A stretch of 64,000 nt of DNA. It comes from a virus. Made by a program: the position numbers and the translations under genes. Positions within the stretch are counted from its first letter, which is position 1; each line of letters starts with the position of its first letter. Positions 55,817 through 64,000 of the stretch are shown here, piece after piece. Below the pieces are notes generated by a model. The model did no database searches and was not told the origin of the DNA. It was given only the letters and a program-made list of their open reading frames with translations. Location of the stretch: positions 1 to 64,000 of the IMG/VR virus record IMGVR_UViG_3300021426_000094, one strand, 5' to 3'.

Positions 55817-56023
55817 ATGAATAATATTTACAATCTGGATAACAATATGATGACAGCGTTTGAAGCGCTGTCTACATCGTTACCAATCTTCAAACAGATT
55901 GACAACAAAGATCATACGTTTGAAGGTGCAATACTCACATTGATTACAGAGTATGCAAAAGAAAGAGGAGAAGACAGAAAGGAAATCATTTCCAATCTGT
56001 ATGAGGCAGTGATGTCGATTTAA
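55817..56023 (+). CDS. Small hypothetical protein
   Basis: 68 aa. Confidence 0.35.
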   Translation: MNNIYNLDNNMMTAFEALSTSLPIFKQIDNKDHTFEGAILTLITEYAKERGEDRKEIISNLYEAVMSI

Positions 56024-56042
56024 AAGAAAGAGAGGGAAACAA

Positions 56043-56408
56043 ATGGTAGCATACAAATTACTGAGATTACTTAGAAACGGGGAACTCCATCCCCTGTTTA
56101 TTAACAAATCCGTCCATACACCAATAGGGAAATGGATGGACGCCGAATGCCATCCCACAAAAGGATTTGCAGTTAGGTGTGGATGGCATTGTTGCTTTAT
56201 TCCATACGCTCCGCACCTGAAGCTGACTCTTGCCAACGGAGAAACAAGGGTGTGGTGTGAAGTCGAAATCGAAGATTGGTCTTCATATGATCGCCCTGAA
56301 TCACAAGGTGGTGCATGGATTCTCGCACAGAAAATGAAAGTAAACCGGATACTGACGATTGGAGAAGTCATTGACCTTCTCAAGGAAAACGGAAAGGAAG
56401 TGGCGTAA
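56043..56408 (+). CDS. Hypothetical protein
   Basis: 121 aa. Confidence 0.35.
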   Translation: MVAYKLLRLLRNGELHPLFINKSVHTPIGKWMDAECHPTKGFAVRCGWHCCFIPYAPHLKLTLANGETRVWCEVEIEDWSSYDRPESQGGAWILAQKMKVNRILTIGEVIDLLKENGKEVA

Positions 56409-56608
56409 TGACCATTGATAAATTAATCGATAAAAGCGCAAGCCCTGTGGACATTGTTATTATCGAATTCGAAAATGGAACAAATGAAGAGTTTGACATG
56501 TGGGACGTAAACGAGTACCACAAACTTGAAGAACATCGATATAAAGAAGTTGATAGTTTTGATATGTATGACCGTGACATGGGCAAAGTACTTCAGGTCT
56601 GGTTATAA
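56408..56608 (+). CDS. Small hypothetical protein
   Basis: 66 aa. Confidence 0.35.
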   Translation: MTIDKLIDKSASPVDIVIIEFENGTNEEFDMWDVNEYHKLEEHRYKEVDSFDMYDRDMGKVLQVWL

Positions 56609-56628
56609 GAGAAAGAGAGGGAAATTAA

Positions 56629-57162
56629 ATGACAAAGGCAAAAGCAAAAGAACACATCATCTGGCAGAATTATTATTTTGACCTGTCTGACTATCGGGAA
56701 TTCCTTGAAGAAGAATATCCTGATGTAACGGATACAACTGAACAGTATCATCTGGTAAGCATCATGAATGATGAATATTTGGATGATGAACGTTCAAACT
56801 TCAGTTGCATTGACCGCCTTAACGAAAACATTATTATCATTGCTGACATCGCACTGTGGAATAGGCGTGTTAAGGGATACAAAGAAATTTACTCACAGTC
56901 TGCTTCTGATTGTCTCAAATTTGAAGAAGATTGTGAATATGCGGAGTGGTATGTAGATGAGCGAAACGATCTTCGTGCTCGTCAGTCTCATCATGACGGA
57001 ACAAACCTACTTCTGTATCGGAGTTGGAAAGAGGGTATTTCCGACAAACAGAAACAGAACTTCCGCGACAAGATATGTCGCGGAAAAGTAACACGTAGAG
57101 ACATTACCCGATACACGGATAGTATCGGTGTAAAAGTGAAAGAACTTTATGGTTGGTCTTAA
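56629..57162 (+). CDS. Hypothetical protein
   Basis: 177 aa. Confidence 0.4.
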   Translation: MTKAKAKEHIIWQNYYFDLSDYREFLEEEYPDVTDTTEQYHLVSIMNDEYLDDERSNFSCIDRLNENIIIIADIALWNRRVKGYKEIYSQSASDCLKFEEDCEYAEWYVDERNDLRARQSHHDGTNLLLYRSWKEGISDKQKQNFRDKICRGKVTRRDITRYTDSIGVKVKELYGWS

Positions 57163-57199
57163 TCACAATACAACGGAAAGAAAGAGAGGTAATTAAATT

Positions 57200-57973
57200 A
57201 TGGCAAAGAGGTTTGTAGTTTTTTCACGCAAGGCAATCAACAACCGTATGGCACAGATGCGCATCAAGAGAGATGCGATCATTGCAGACGGAGTTGAAAA
57301 GTATCATGTCCGTCTGATGAACGGAAACAGCAAGACAGGTATCAATTGCCGTACCTGTTCCCTGATTCCCGGAGTTGATTGTCACAATTGTGTTGGTGAC
57401 AACGGAGAGGGTGGTTGTCTGTATGGTGGATGCTACGATATACAGAACGTCTGCTGGCTTCCTGATGTACAGGAGACAAGGGCAATCAATTCTGCAATTC
57501 ACAAAGAAGATCCCGAACGCTATTGGACAGAAATGTCCTTACAGATTCGAGCACAGTTCGTAACAGAGTTGCGCTTGAATGTCGGTGGTGACCTGACAAA
57601 CGAAGATTTTTTCTACATCGAAAAAATGGCAAAAGAAAATCTCGCTTGTCACATCCTGTTCTTCACAAAAAACTACAAGGGAATTGCAAAATTCATTGAG
57701 GCGTGTGGCGGTCTTGAGAGCACGCAGTACTTCAAGAATGTACATCCCGTACTGTCTGCATGGCCTAACATGGAAATGTATAATCCATATCATCTCCCTG
57801 TAGCACATGTTAAGTTCCCCAATGGAGATTGCACCGCTGAAGATTGGGAACCGATCTATCTGTGTGGTGGCAATTGCTCTGAATGCTTCTATCATTATGT
57901 AGGTCACAACAAAAAGGCAAGTGGTTGTTGGGGACTGAAATGTGGTGAAGCTGTTTTGTTCGATGCACACTGA
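57200..57973 (+). CDS. Cys-rich protein (metal/Fe-S binding candidate)
   Basis: CRTCSLIPGVDCHNCVGDNGEGGCLYGGC is followed by C-terminal CGGNCSECFYH...GCWGLKCG. Confidence 0.4.
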   Translation: MAKRFVVFSRKAINNRMAQMRIKRDAIIADGVEKYHVRLMNGNSKTGINCRTCSLIPGVDCHNCVGDNGEGGCLYGGCYDIQNVCWLPDVQETRAINSAIHKEDPERYWTEMSLQIRAQFVTELRLNVGGDLTNEDFFYIEKMAKENLACHILFFTKNYKGIAKFIEACGGLESTQYFKNVHPVLSAWPNMEMYNPYHLPVAHVKFPNGDCTAEDWEPIYLCGGNCSECFYHYVGHNKKASGCWGLKCGEAVLFDAH

Positions 57974-57990
57974 AGATAATTAAATCAACC

Positions 57991-58037
57991 ACAGAAATGT
58001 TCACAAAATGTTCACAACTGCGTAAGCGTTTCTGTGG
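57991..58037 (+). promoter_or_regulatory. Hairpin (CCACAGAAA/TTTCTGTGG) enclosing an ATGTTCACAA direct repeat
   Basis: Read directly from the sequence. It lies in the intergenic spacer after the Cys-rich gene. Confidence 0.3.
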
Positions 58038-58089
58038 TATGATTAATAGACAAGTGAAAATTAAATCAAAATGAAAGGAGCGAAAACAA

Positions 58090-58359
58090 ATGATTCTGAG
58101 ATTCAGATACGGAACTGATTACTTATCCATCAATACGGAAAACAAAAAATTCACAACATCAGGACGCATCACAGCCGAGTATGATGATATGCGCCACTTC
58201 ATGCCACATGTAATTCACCTTGAATTTGAAGGCGACCTGTGGGACATGAAACAGGAGTTAGAATATAACGGCTACACGGAAACGGATGAGTCGTATGTAT
58301 TCTATGACGGAAATGATACGTGTACCGAGTTTGTAACTGACGATCTGCCGTTCAACTAA
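58090..58359 (+). CDS. Small hypothetical protein
   Basis: 89 aa. Confidence 0.35.
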   Translation: MILRFRYGTDYLSINTENKKFTTSGRITAEYDDMRHFMPHVIHLEFEGDLWDMKQELEYNGYTETDESYVFYDGNDTCTEFVTDDLPFN

Positions 58360-58378
58360 AAGAGGAGAGCGAAACAAA

Positions 58379-58516
58379 ATGAATTGCGAAAAATGCATGT
58401 GCAAGAACTGCGCACACCATAACAGAGGATGTGCCGACTGTGATATCTGTGAAGACGGAGATATGACTGTCTGGGGTTGTAACCAGTATGAAAAGGAGGA
58501 CAACGCAAATGATTAA
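58379..58516 (+). CDS. Small Cys-rich peptide (45 aa)
   Basis: CEKCMCKNCAHHNRGCADCDICEDG. GAGGAG RBS. Confidence 0.3.
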   Translation: MNCEKCMCKNCAHHNRGCADCDICEDGDMTVWGCNQYEKEDNAND

Positions 58517-58682
58517 ATTAGAATTAAACTTGACAGCAACGGAAGCAAACACTTTATGTACAATCCTCTCCATGGCAATTGATCACTATACATATTGTAT
58601 AGAAGAAACAGTTAATCCCAAATGGATTTGGGGATTGATGGGTGATTTGAGTAAAGCAGTTGTAGAAAGCGAGGAAGAATAA
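58509..58682 (+). CDS. Small hypothetical protein
   Basis: The start was reset to MIKLELN (AAAGGAGG RBS). Confidence 0.3.
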   Translation: MIKLELNLTATEANTLCTILSMAIDHYTYCIEETVNPKWIWGLMGDLSKAVVESEEE

Positions 58683-58939
58683 TGGTTACTATTTCAAAAA
58701 TGACAGGTTCGTTTATGTATTCCGATAACAACAAAATGGGCATCCTTATCGTTGCTCTGGATAAGGCAAAGGAAGGAGAGATTTACGCAGTAGCATCCAA
58801 GGCATACAGAGATTGGATGTCCTGTGAAAATGATTCAGAATATTATGCAATCGGTGATTGGGTAATGAAACAGTTGGCGATTGCTGGATTCAAAAAGGAA
58901 GAAGATTATTACATGCTGTATGACAGCGATTGGGATTGA
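58682..58939 (+). CDS. Small hypothetical protein
   Basis: 85 aa. Confidence 0.35.
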   Translation: MVTISKMTGSFMYSDNNKMGILIVALDKAKEGEIYAVASKAYRDWMSCENDSEYYAIGDWVMKQLAIAGFKKEEDYYMLYDSDWD

Positions 58940-58955
58940 GAGAAAGGGGTATGTA

Positions 58956-59144
58956 ATGAGCAAAAGATACATGATTGAATATGGAAATGACATTTTGAGA
59001 AGAAAAAAAGAATTGCTTTTTTCTAAAGAAAGTCTCACAGAAATGGAGACAAGAATTAACAAAGTCATAAAATTATATGATAGAGGTTATGTTACGGTAA
59101 CAGAAACAATGAGAGCGCTTGTCGATATCGATAATGATTATTGA
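58956..59144 (+). CDS. Small hypothetical protein
   Basis: The start was reset to MSKRYMIEYG (GAAAGGGG RBS). Confidence 0.3.
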   Translation: MSKRYMIEYGNDILRRKKELLFSKESLTEMETRINKVIKLYDRGYVTVTETMRALVDIDNDY

Positions 59145-59157
59145 AGGGAGATGCACA

Positions 59158-59349
59158 ATGGGTAATGGATACAGAATTAACGTAGCACACAATGGAAGAC
59201 ATTTCTTTGCCACCGATCCTGAGTCGGCATGGACTAAGGAAAAAGCAAAAGAATTGTATGAAATCATTAAAAAGAAATTCCCTGAATCTGAGGGATATAC
59301 AATCATGGTAACTTATTGGCATTCAATTGGAGAGCATGTTGAGTTTTAA
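59158..59349 (+). CDS. Small hypothetical protein
   Basis: The start was reset to MGNGYRIN (GAAGGGAG RBS). Confidence 0.3.
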   Translation: MGNGYRINVAHNGRHFFATDPESAWTKEKAKELYEIIKKKFPESEGYTIMVTYWHSIGEHVEF

Positions 59350-59367
59350 AAGAAAGGAGATACGACC

Positions 59368-59679
59368 ATGGAAAAGAAAATGTACAAAGCAGTTATCGAA
59401 GAAACACGCCGTAAAGTAATCTTCATCGAAGCGCCTGATGAAGAACTCGCTATAAGCCAGTACGATGCTGGCGTGTTTGGCGATCTTCCTGAAAAAGATA
59501 ATAAGAAATTCATTTTCACAGATACTGATGATGGTGTTGAATACGCAAACCGTTTAGTCAGCATTAAAGAAGCTGACATGGAAAAGGAAGAAGAATATGC
59601 CGAAAGATATTATGAATATCCCGAAGTAGTATATTGGGATGATGAAATGAACTGCCAGACAAGCGATTGGAATAAATAA
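59368..59679 (+). CDS. Hypothetical acidic protein
   Basis: 103 aa. Confidence 0.35.
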   Translation: MEKKMYKAVIEETRRKVIFIEAPDEELAISQYDAGVFGDLPEKDNKKFIFTDTDDGVEYANRLVSIKEADMEKEEEYAERYYEYPEVVYWDDEMNCQTSDWNK

Positions 59680-59699
59680 AAGAAAGTGAGGTAAAAGAA

Positions 59700-60095
59700 A
59701 TGAGCGAACTGGAAAGAATCCTGAAACCTCTGATGGAAATTGCAGACGATGAAACGTTCTGCACTCAGGAATATGACGCCATCAAAGACTACATTGAAGA
59801 GAAAGATTTTATCAATGTAACCACTGATGACTGGCAGGAGATTGCTGCCCGTGGCTATGATGTAGGTTGGTTGATTGAATGCTACGTTCCTGAACTTCCA
59901 AAGGAAAAGAAATTAAATATGGCTAAACAGATTTGGAAAGAACTTGCAGATGTGCCCACAGTAGAAGACAAATGGAATCTGCTTATTGACGCAGATTTCA
60001 GATGTTGGCATAAGGGAGTGACCGTTGAGGAATTGTGGCAGGACATTGAACACTGGTTTGGGATTAGCATTGCGGTTGATTTGATGAATATATAA
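59700..60095 (+). CDS. Hypothetical protein (DW.EI..RGYD motif family)
   Basis: 131 aa. TTDDWQEIAARGYDVGW is present. Confidence 0.35.
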   Translation: MSELERILKPLMEIADDETFCTQEYDAIKDYIEEKDFINVTTDDWQEIAARGYDVGWLIECYVPELPKEKKLNMAKQIWKELADVPTVEDKWNLLIDADFRCWHKGVTVEELWQDIEHWFGISIAVDLMNI

Positions 60096-60109
60096 AAGAG
60101 GTAAATAAA

Positions 60110-61009
60110 ATGAGTGACTTTACAGAAACGCTTACAAAAATTGAAGCAATCAAAAATACACATGAACGTGTAGATGTAAGTAACTTCTATGTGAGCAATC
60201 ATGTAAGAGAAAATGATTGCTGTATTCCATCAGAGGATTGGGAAATGATTCTGTATTATGATTTCGATCCTTGGTGTTTGATTGACGACATTACAGAATA
60301 CTGGACACCAGAGCTGAAACGAAAAGTAGCTAAGATTTGGTGGGAAGAATTTAAAAAGGTAAACACAGATGACTATGGTCAAACAACAGAACCGTTTATG
60401 TTCTGGCCTGAGGGAACTGATCAATTCGACATCATGGAAGCATTTAAAGACTTCTTTGATATTGATGTAATTACAGATAAAGATTTTCTTGGAATGAAAA
60501 GTATTGAGGAGGGATTTAATATGCCAGAAAAAGAAATTACTTATATTTTTGAAAACGGAAATCGTGCAGATGTTTTCCGTCATGGACATAATGATTATTC
60601 CGTATATTTTCATGACGAGGATTATTCTGTTCGTGGCAGCTGGCTGGAAATTGCAACAGAGGTAAAAGACTACGAAGCAAAACAGGTTAGTATTATCGAT
60701 CAGATTAATAAAACATGGAACAAGAAAAAGGAAGATGAAATGGTATCGACTTCATGTGGAAGATACATGAATATCTGGGCAACGGATGGTGCATATGATT
60801 GTTTTATTAGGTTCCATGAAGCAGAAGATAACGAAAAAGTTAATAAAGCCATCGAAGCAACAGAAAGCGTCTGCCATGATATTATGCAAAACAAATATAT
60901 GAAAACCGAAGCAAAAAGGAAACTTATTGATGATCTGTTAGATACATATACTGAATTTGGTGTAGGCGTAATTATCGTTAAAGACGAAACACAGAAAGGA
61001 GCGAAATAA
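60110..61009 (+). CDS. Hypothetical protein (N-terminus related to the DW.E motif family)
   Basis: 299 aa. PSEDWEMILYYDFDPW is present. Confidence 0.4.
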   Translation: MSDFTETLTKIEAIKNTHERVDVSNFYVSNHVRENDCCIPSEDWEMILYYDFDPWCLIDDITEYWTPELKRKVAKIWWEEFKKVNTDDYGQTTEPFMFWPEGTDQFDIMEAFKDFFDIDVITDKDFLGMKSIEEGFNMPEKEITYIFENGNRADVFRHGHNDYSVYFHDEDYSVRGSWLEIATEVKDYEAKQVSIIDQINKTWNKKKEDEMVSTSCGRYMNIWATDGAYDCFIRFHEAEDNEKVNKAIEATESVCHDIMQNKYMKTEAKRKLIDDLLDTYTEFGVGVIIVKDETQKGAK

Positions 61010-61251
61010 TGAATTTTGGCAAAGAAGAAATGTATAGTCTGGGTGAAGTAATCTTTGATATGACGCTGGCGGTTCGGTTTTATATGCCTGAACATGCAGA
61101 CATAGATTCCAGAGAAATCTACGATAATATTTATAATTGGGCAACAGAATTTGAAGAGATGTCTCTTCACAGTGACGATGATTATTATGATACCGTTGAT
61201 GAATTCACAGCAGAAAAAGTTAGTGAAACATATCCCGATTGGTTCGATTGA
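61009..61251 (+). CDS. Small acidic protein
   Basis: 80 aa. Confidence 0.35.
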   Translation: MNFGKEEMYSLGEVIFDMTLAVRFYMPEHADIDSREIYDNIYNWATEFEEMSLHSDDDYYDTVDEFTAEKVSETYPDWFD

Positions 61252-61273
61252 GAAAGGAAGTGATAATTAAATA

Positions 61274-61606
61274 ATGGCTATTCTTACAAAACATGCTTCA
61301 ATGAGAATGATGCAAAGATGTGGTGTACAAAAGAAAGCGCAAGCAAAAATTATTCGCCGTGTATGGAGGCATGGCGTTACACACTCTGAAACAACAGAAA
61401 GCATTAATTTAAAGAAATGGGTCGATGGCTTGTATTTATCACAACGTAAGCCAAACAAAATCCTGCTTTACGGAAACGGCGCTTATCTGTTTAAGGATGA
61501 GACGCTGATTACAGTAATTAATATTCCCGATAATCTGCAAGCTGAAGTAAACAGATTAAGAGGATTAAAAGGAAATCATATTAACGGAAAGGAGTATACA
61601 ACATGA
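61274..61606 (+). CDS. Hypothetical protein
   Basis: 110 aa. Confidence 0.35.
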   Translation: MAILTKHASMRMMQRCGVQKKAQAKIIRRVWRHGVTHSETTESINLKKWVDGLYLSQRKPNKILLYGNGAYLFKDETLITVINIPDNLQAEVNRLRGLKGNHINGKEYTT

Positions 61607-61881
61607 GAATGTATGATTGCACAGCAGTTGCCAACTTCATCGAACGCTACAGGAGAGAATGCGAAGCTGTTCACAAGGAACCTAATATCGTCACACTTCA
61701 GGAAGGAACGCTTGGTTACGGAAATATGGTTCTGATGTGTGACGGATTCAAGACTGTAATCATTCAGGAACGTTATTTAAACTGTTGGTCAAGTGGTCAC
61801 ACGATCCGCTTATATAATAAAACGCCCAAAAAATATTTGGTACTGATTAAGAGAAAGGAAGAAGAATATGGAGATAATTAA
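61603..61881 (+). CDS. Hypothetical protein
   Basis: 92 aa. Confidence 0.35.
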   Translation: MRMYDCTAVANFIERYRRECEAVHKEPNIVTLQEGTLGYGNMVLMCDGFKTVIIQERYLNCWSSGHTIRLYNKTPKKYLVLIKRKEEEYGDN

Positions 61882-62248
61882 TATCAAGACACGACTGCCC
61901 AATAACGGACGTTTATGTTCCACAACAAAAAAATTAAATTTGGAACAACAACTTGAATATGATGAACGTCAGCCTTGGGAGGATTTAGCCAACGGAATTG
62001 TTAAACAGGCTACCGATGAGTATAAAAAAGCGTTAGAGCGAATTAAAAAAACAAACCATTATGGATGGAAGTTGAATGCAGCACAAGAAATACATTCTCT
62101 AAATCGTTGGTTTCGGGGTGATTGGTTTTCTATGTTAACTCAGGTTGATCCTGAATATATTATAGAGAACTTAAATAAATACTACGGAAGTGCAGAAATA
62201 ACAGATTTTATTAATAACAGTACAGTATACGAAAAAGAAAGGATTTGA
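61868..62248 (+). CDS. Hypothetical protein
   Basis: 126 aa. Confidence 0.35.
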   Translation: MEIINIKTRLPNNGRLCSTTKKLNLEQQLEYDERQPWEDLANGIVKQATDEYKKALERIKKTNHYGWKLNAAQEIHSLNRWFRGDWFSMLTQVDPEYIIENLNKYYGSAEITDFINNSTVYEKERI

Positions 62249-62616
62249 ACATGACAGAAAGACTTATGAGTATCTGGAAACACGTTGACCGCATTGGTGA
62301 TCCTGACCTTGCGGATGCGATTGAAGCATCACTGGTTAATGAATACCTTGAAGAGAAATACTACATTATCCCTGAAGAAGATTGGGATGAAATTCAGACA
62401 AGAGGATATGATATTGAGCAAATGTGTGCTAATGCAGATGAAGCACATGAAGAAGATACTGCTTGGATCGAGACGGTATGCGATAGTTTGTTTGATTATA
62501 TGAGCGAAACGGAACCTACATATCTGACAGATTTTTGGCGAGGATATAACGCAGGAACAGAAATCTTTGATATTTCAATTCCTGCTTTAGGAATAGATGG
62601 CGAGTGTCTGTGCTAA
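62245..62616 (+). CDS. Hypothetical acidic protein (DW.EI..RGYD motif family)
   Basis: 123 aa. PEEDWDEIQTRGYDIEQM is present. Confidence 0.35.
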   Translation: MNMTERLMSIWKHVDRIGDPDLADAIEASLVNEYLEEKYYIIPEEDWDEIQTRGYDIEQMCANADEAHEEDTAWIETVCDSLFDYMSETEPTYLTDFWRGYNAGTEIFDISIPALGIDGECLC

Positions 62617-62632
62617 GAGAAAAGGAGTACAT

Positions 62633-62833
62633 ATGAGAGAAATCAAAATTAAAATCAGTGACGATGATTATAAGAGATTGCTGAGAATTGCCACACTTGA
62701 CGCCATTGAATGCGGAAATGAAGTTGCTCATAAAGCAGAAGAAGATAGAATCCAGTTCGCTGGCAAGTACGCAATTGATTGCGCACTAGAATCTGGTGAA
62801 AGCTACTGGGGGAATTACGAGGAGGATTATTAA
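62633..62833 (+). CDS. Small hypothetical protein
   Basis: The start was reset to MREIKIK (AAAAGGAG RBS). Confidence 0.3.
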   Translation: MREIKIKISDDDYKRLLRIATLDAIECGNEVAHKAEEDRIQFAGKYAIDCALESGESYWGNYEEDY

Positions 62834-63478
62834 ATGAAAGTATTAGAATTGTTCGCTGGTACACAGTCAATCGGAAAAGAATTCAAGGCAAGAGGACATG
62901 AAGTGTTCTCCGTAGAATGGGATAAAGATTTTGAAAACATCAGTTTATATGCAGATATCAGTAAACTAACTGCAACAGAAATCCTTGAAAAGTTTGGTCA
63001 TCCAGATGTGATTTGGGCGTCACCTGATTGTACAACATTCAGTGTGGCTGCTATCAGTAAACACAGAAAGCGCAATCCTGAAAACGGAAACCTTGAACCG
63101 ATTTCAGATTATGCAAAATTCTGCGATGCCACTGATCAGCATGTGCTTGATTTGATAAGGGAATTGAATCCTACATTTTTCTTTATTGAGAATCCTAGAG
63201 GGGCAATGAGGAAAATGAAATGGATGCAGGACATCCCTCGATATACAATTACTTATTGTCAATATGGAGATAGTCGAATGAAACCCACCGACATCTGGAC
63301 TAATCATCCTGACCCGCAGTTTAAACCACCGTGTAAGAACGGAGATCCTTGTCATATGAGAGCACCAAGAGGTTCAAGAACAGGAACACAAGGGCTTAAA
63401 GGTGCAAAGGAAAGGGCAAGGATTCCTGAACAGTTCTGTAAACATATTGTTGATATTTGTGAAGCATACATTAATTAA
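62834..63478 (+). CDS. Short C5-cytosine methyltransferase-like protein (orphan, 214 aa)
   Basis: Motif I LELFAGTQS (FxGxG). Motif IV SPDCTTFS (PC catalytic Cys). Motif VI FFIENPRG (ENV-like). A C-terminal IPEQF motif X-like segment is present. No obvious large target-recognition domain. Confidence 0.6.
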   Translation: MKVLELFAGTQSIGKEFKARGHEVFSVEWDKDFENISLYADISKLTATEILEKFGHPDVIWASPDCTTFSVAAISKHRKRNPENGNLEPISDYAKFCDATDQHVLDLIRELNPTFFFIENPRGAMRKMKWMQDIPRYTITYCQYGDSRMKPTDIWTNHPDPQFKPPCKNGDPCHMRAPRGSRTGTQGLKGAKERARIPEQFCKHIVDICEAYIN

Positions 63479-63493
63479 ATAAGGAGATTAATT

Positions 63494-63778
63494 ATGATGA
63501 ACAAAATGGATTTGTATGTGGTGACTTTTGAAACTGACTGTACACAGTTTATTGTAAACACTGCAAGGGAAGAGAACCCTGAAAAGTACGCTTTAAAGCG
63601 TGCAATGGAAGTTAACCATTATCCCGAGTTAGGCGGCATCGAAGAAATTAAAGAAGAAGTTGATGATCCTTCCAATTACACAATCGAACCTATTGATATG
63701 GAAACGCTTGGTGACATGTTGTTGAATGGCGGTGCATATGGTGGTACGTTTGTTGATACGATGGTAATTCATAATTAA
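63494..63778 (+). CDS. Small hypothetical protein
   Basis: AAGGAG RBS. 94 aa. Confidence 0.35.
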   Translation: MMNKMDLYVVTFETDCTQFIVNTAREENPEKYALKRAMEVNHYPELGGIEEIKEEVDDPSNYTIEPIDMETLGDMLLNGGAYGGTFVDTMVIHN

Positions 63779-63798
63779 TTAATAAAGGAGACGAACGC

Positions 63799-64000
63799 TA
63801 TGACAAAAGAAGAAGCTATTAGTTATCTGCTGAAGAACAACATCTTTACTGCAAGCAGTGAGGGAACTCCGGCAATGGAATTTTATATTAAAAATCTGAT
63901 GGAATCAACAGATAGTATATATGACATTGATTGTTATGCTCATTTAAATACTCTGTTTGGTTACGACATTGGATTTAATAATGCCATGAGAATTGATATG
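63799..64000 (+). CDS. Hypothetical protein, 5' part. The ORF runs off the right edge.
   Basis: AAAGGAG RBS plus ATG at 63799. The frame is open to the end of the window. Confidence 0.35.

Noticed and set aside
1-64000. CRISPR array, integrase/att sites and toxin-antitoxin pairs
   Set aside because: No regularly spaced direct repeats with unique spacers were found. No tyrosine or serine recombinase motifs were seen in any ORF. The repeats that do exist are accounted for as operator or origin-type elements.

Overview
This window is a low-GC (about 35%) tailed-phage genome segment. No integrase, host housekeeping gene or CRISPR array was seen.

Positions 1-46.8 kb form one leftward (minus-strand) gene block. 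Read in its 5'->3' direction (high to low coordinates), it holds many small Zn-ribbon and paralogous proteins (46.8->36 kb). An accessory block (36->21 kb) follows, with a nucleoside deoxyribosyltransferase-like protein, a GIY-YIG homing endonuclease, an isochorismatase-fold nicotinamidase-like amidase, a Sipho_Gp157-like protein, an SPFH/band-7 protein with a small membrane partner, and a cysteine desulfurase / radical SAM / nucleotidyltransferase cluster. After that come an 880-aa unknown enzyme-like protein, HU, a GH25 plus peptidase endolysin, PhoH, ClpP, a metallophosphatase and tRNA-Met(CAT). The block ends with the terminase-portal-protease/scaffold-decoration-major capsid head module and the first part of a tail-side gene that runs off the left edge.

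46.9-47.75 kb is a divergent control region. It contains a large imperfect hairpin, three perfect DnaA boxes in a cytosine-depleted purine-skewed stretch, and GAATGG repeats flanking a TATAAT.

47.75-64 kb is a rightward operon of about 45 mostly small genes. It includes a GC-richer island (47.7-51.4 kb) with strong terminator hairpins, repeat-containing regulatory spacers, a DUF932 / ParB-like pair and a short C5-methyltransferase-like gene.

Several ORF-track entries are over-extended (the track uses ATG, GTG and TTG starts). Starts were reset where a clear Shine-Dalgarno plus ATG was visible. The most unusual content is the sulfur-mobilising radical-SAM / nucleotidyltransferase cluster (21.4-26.9 kb) and the duplicated membrane plus pentapeptide-like cassette (42.3-45.0 kb), which is flanked by a 7-member small-protein family.
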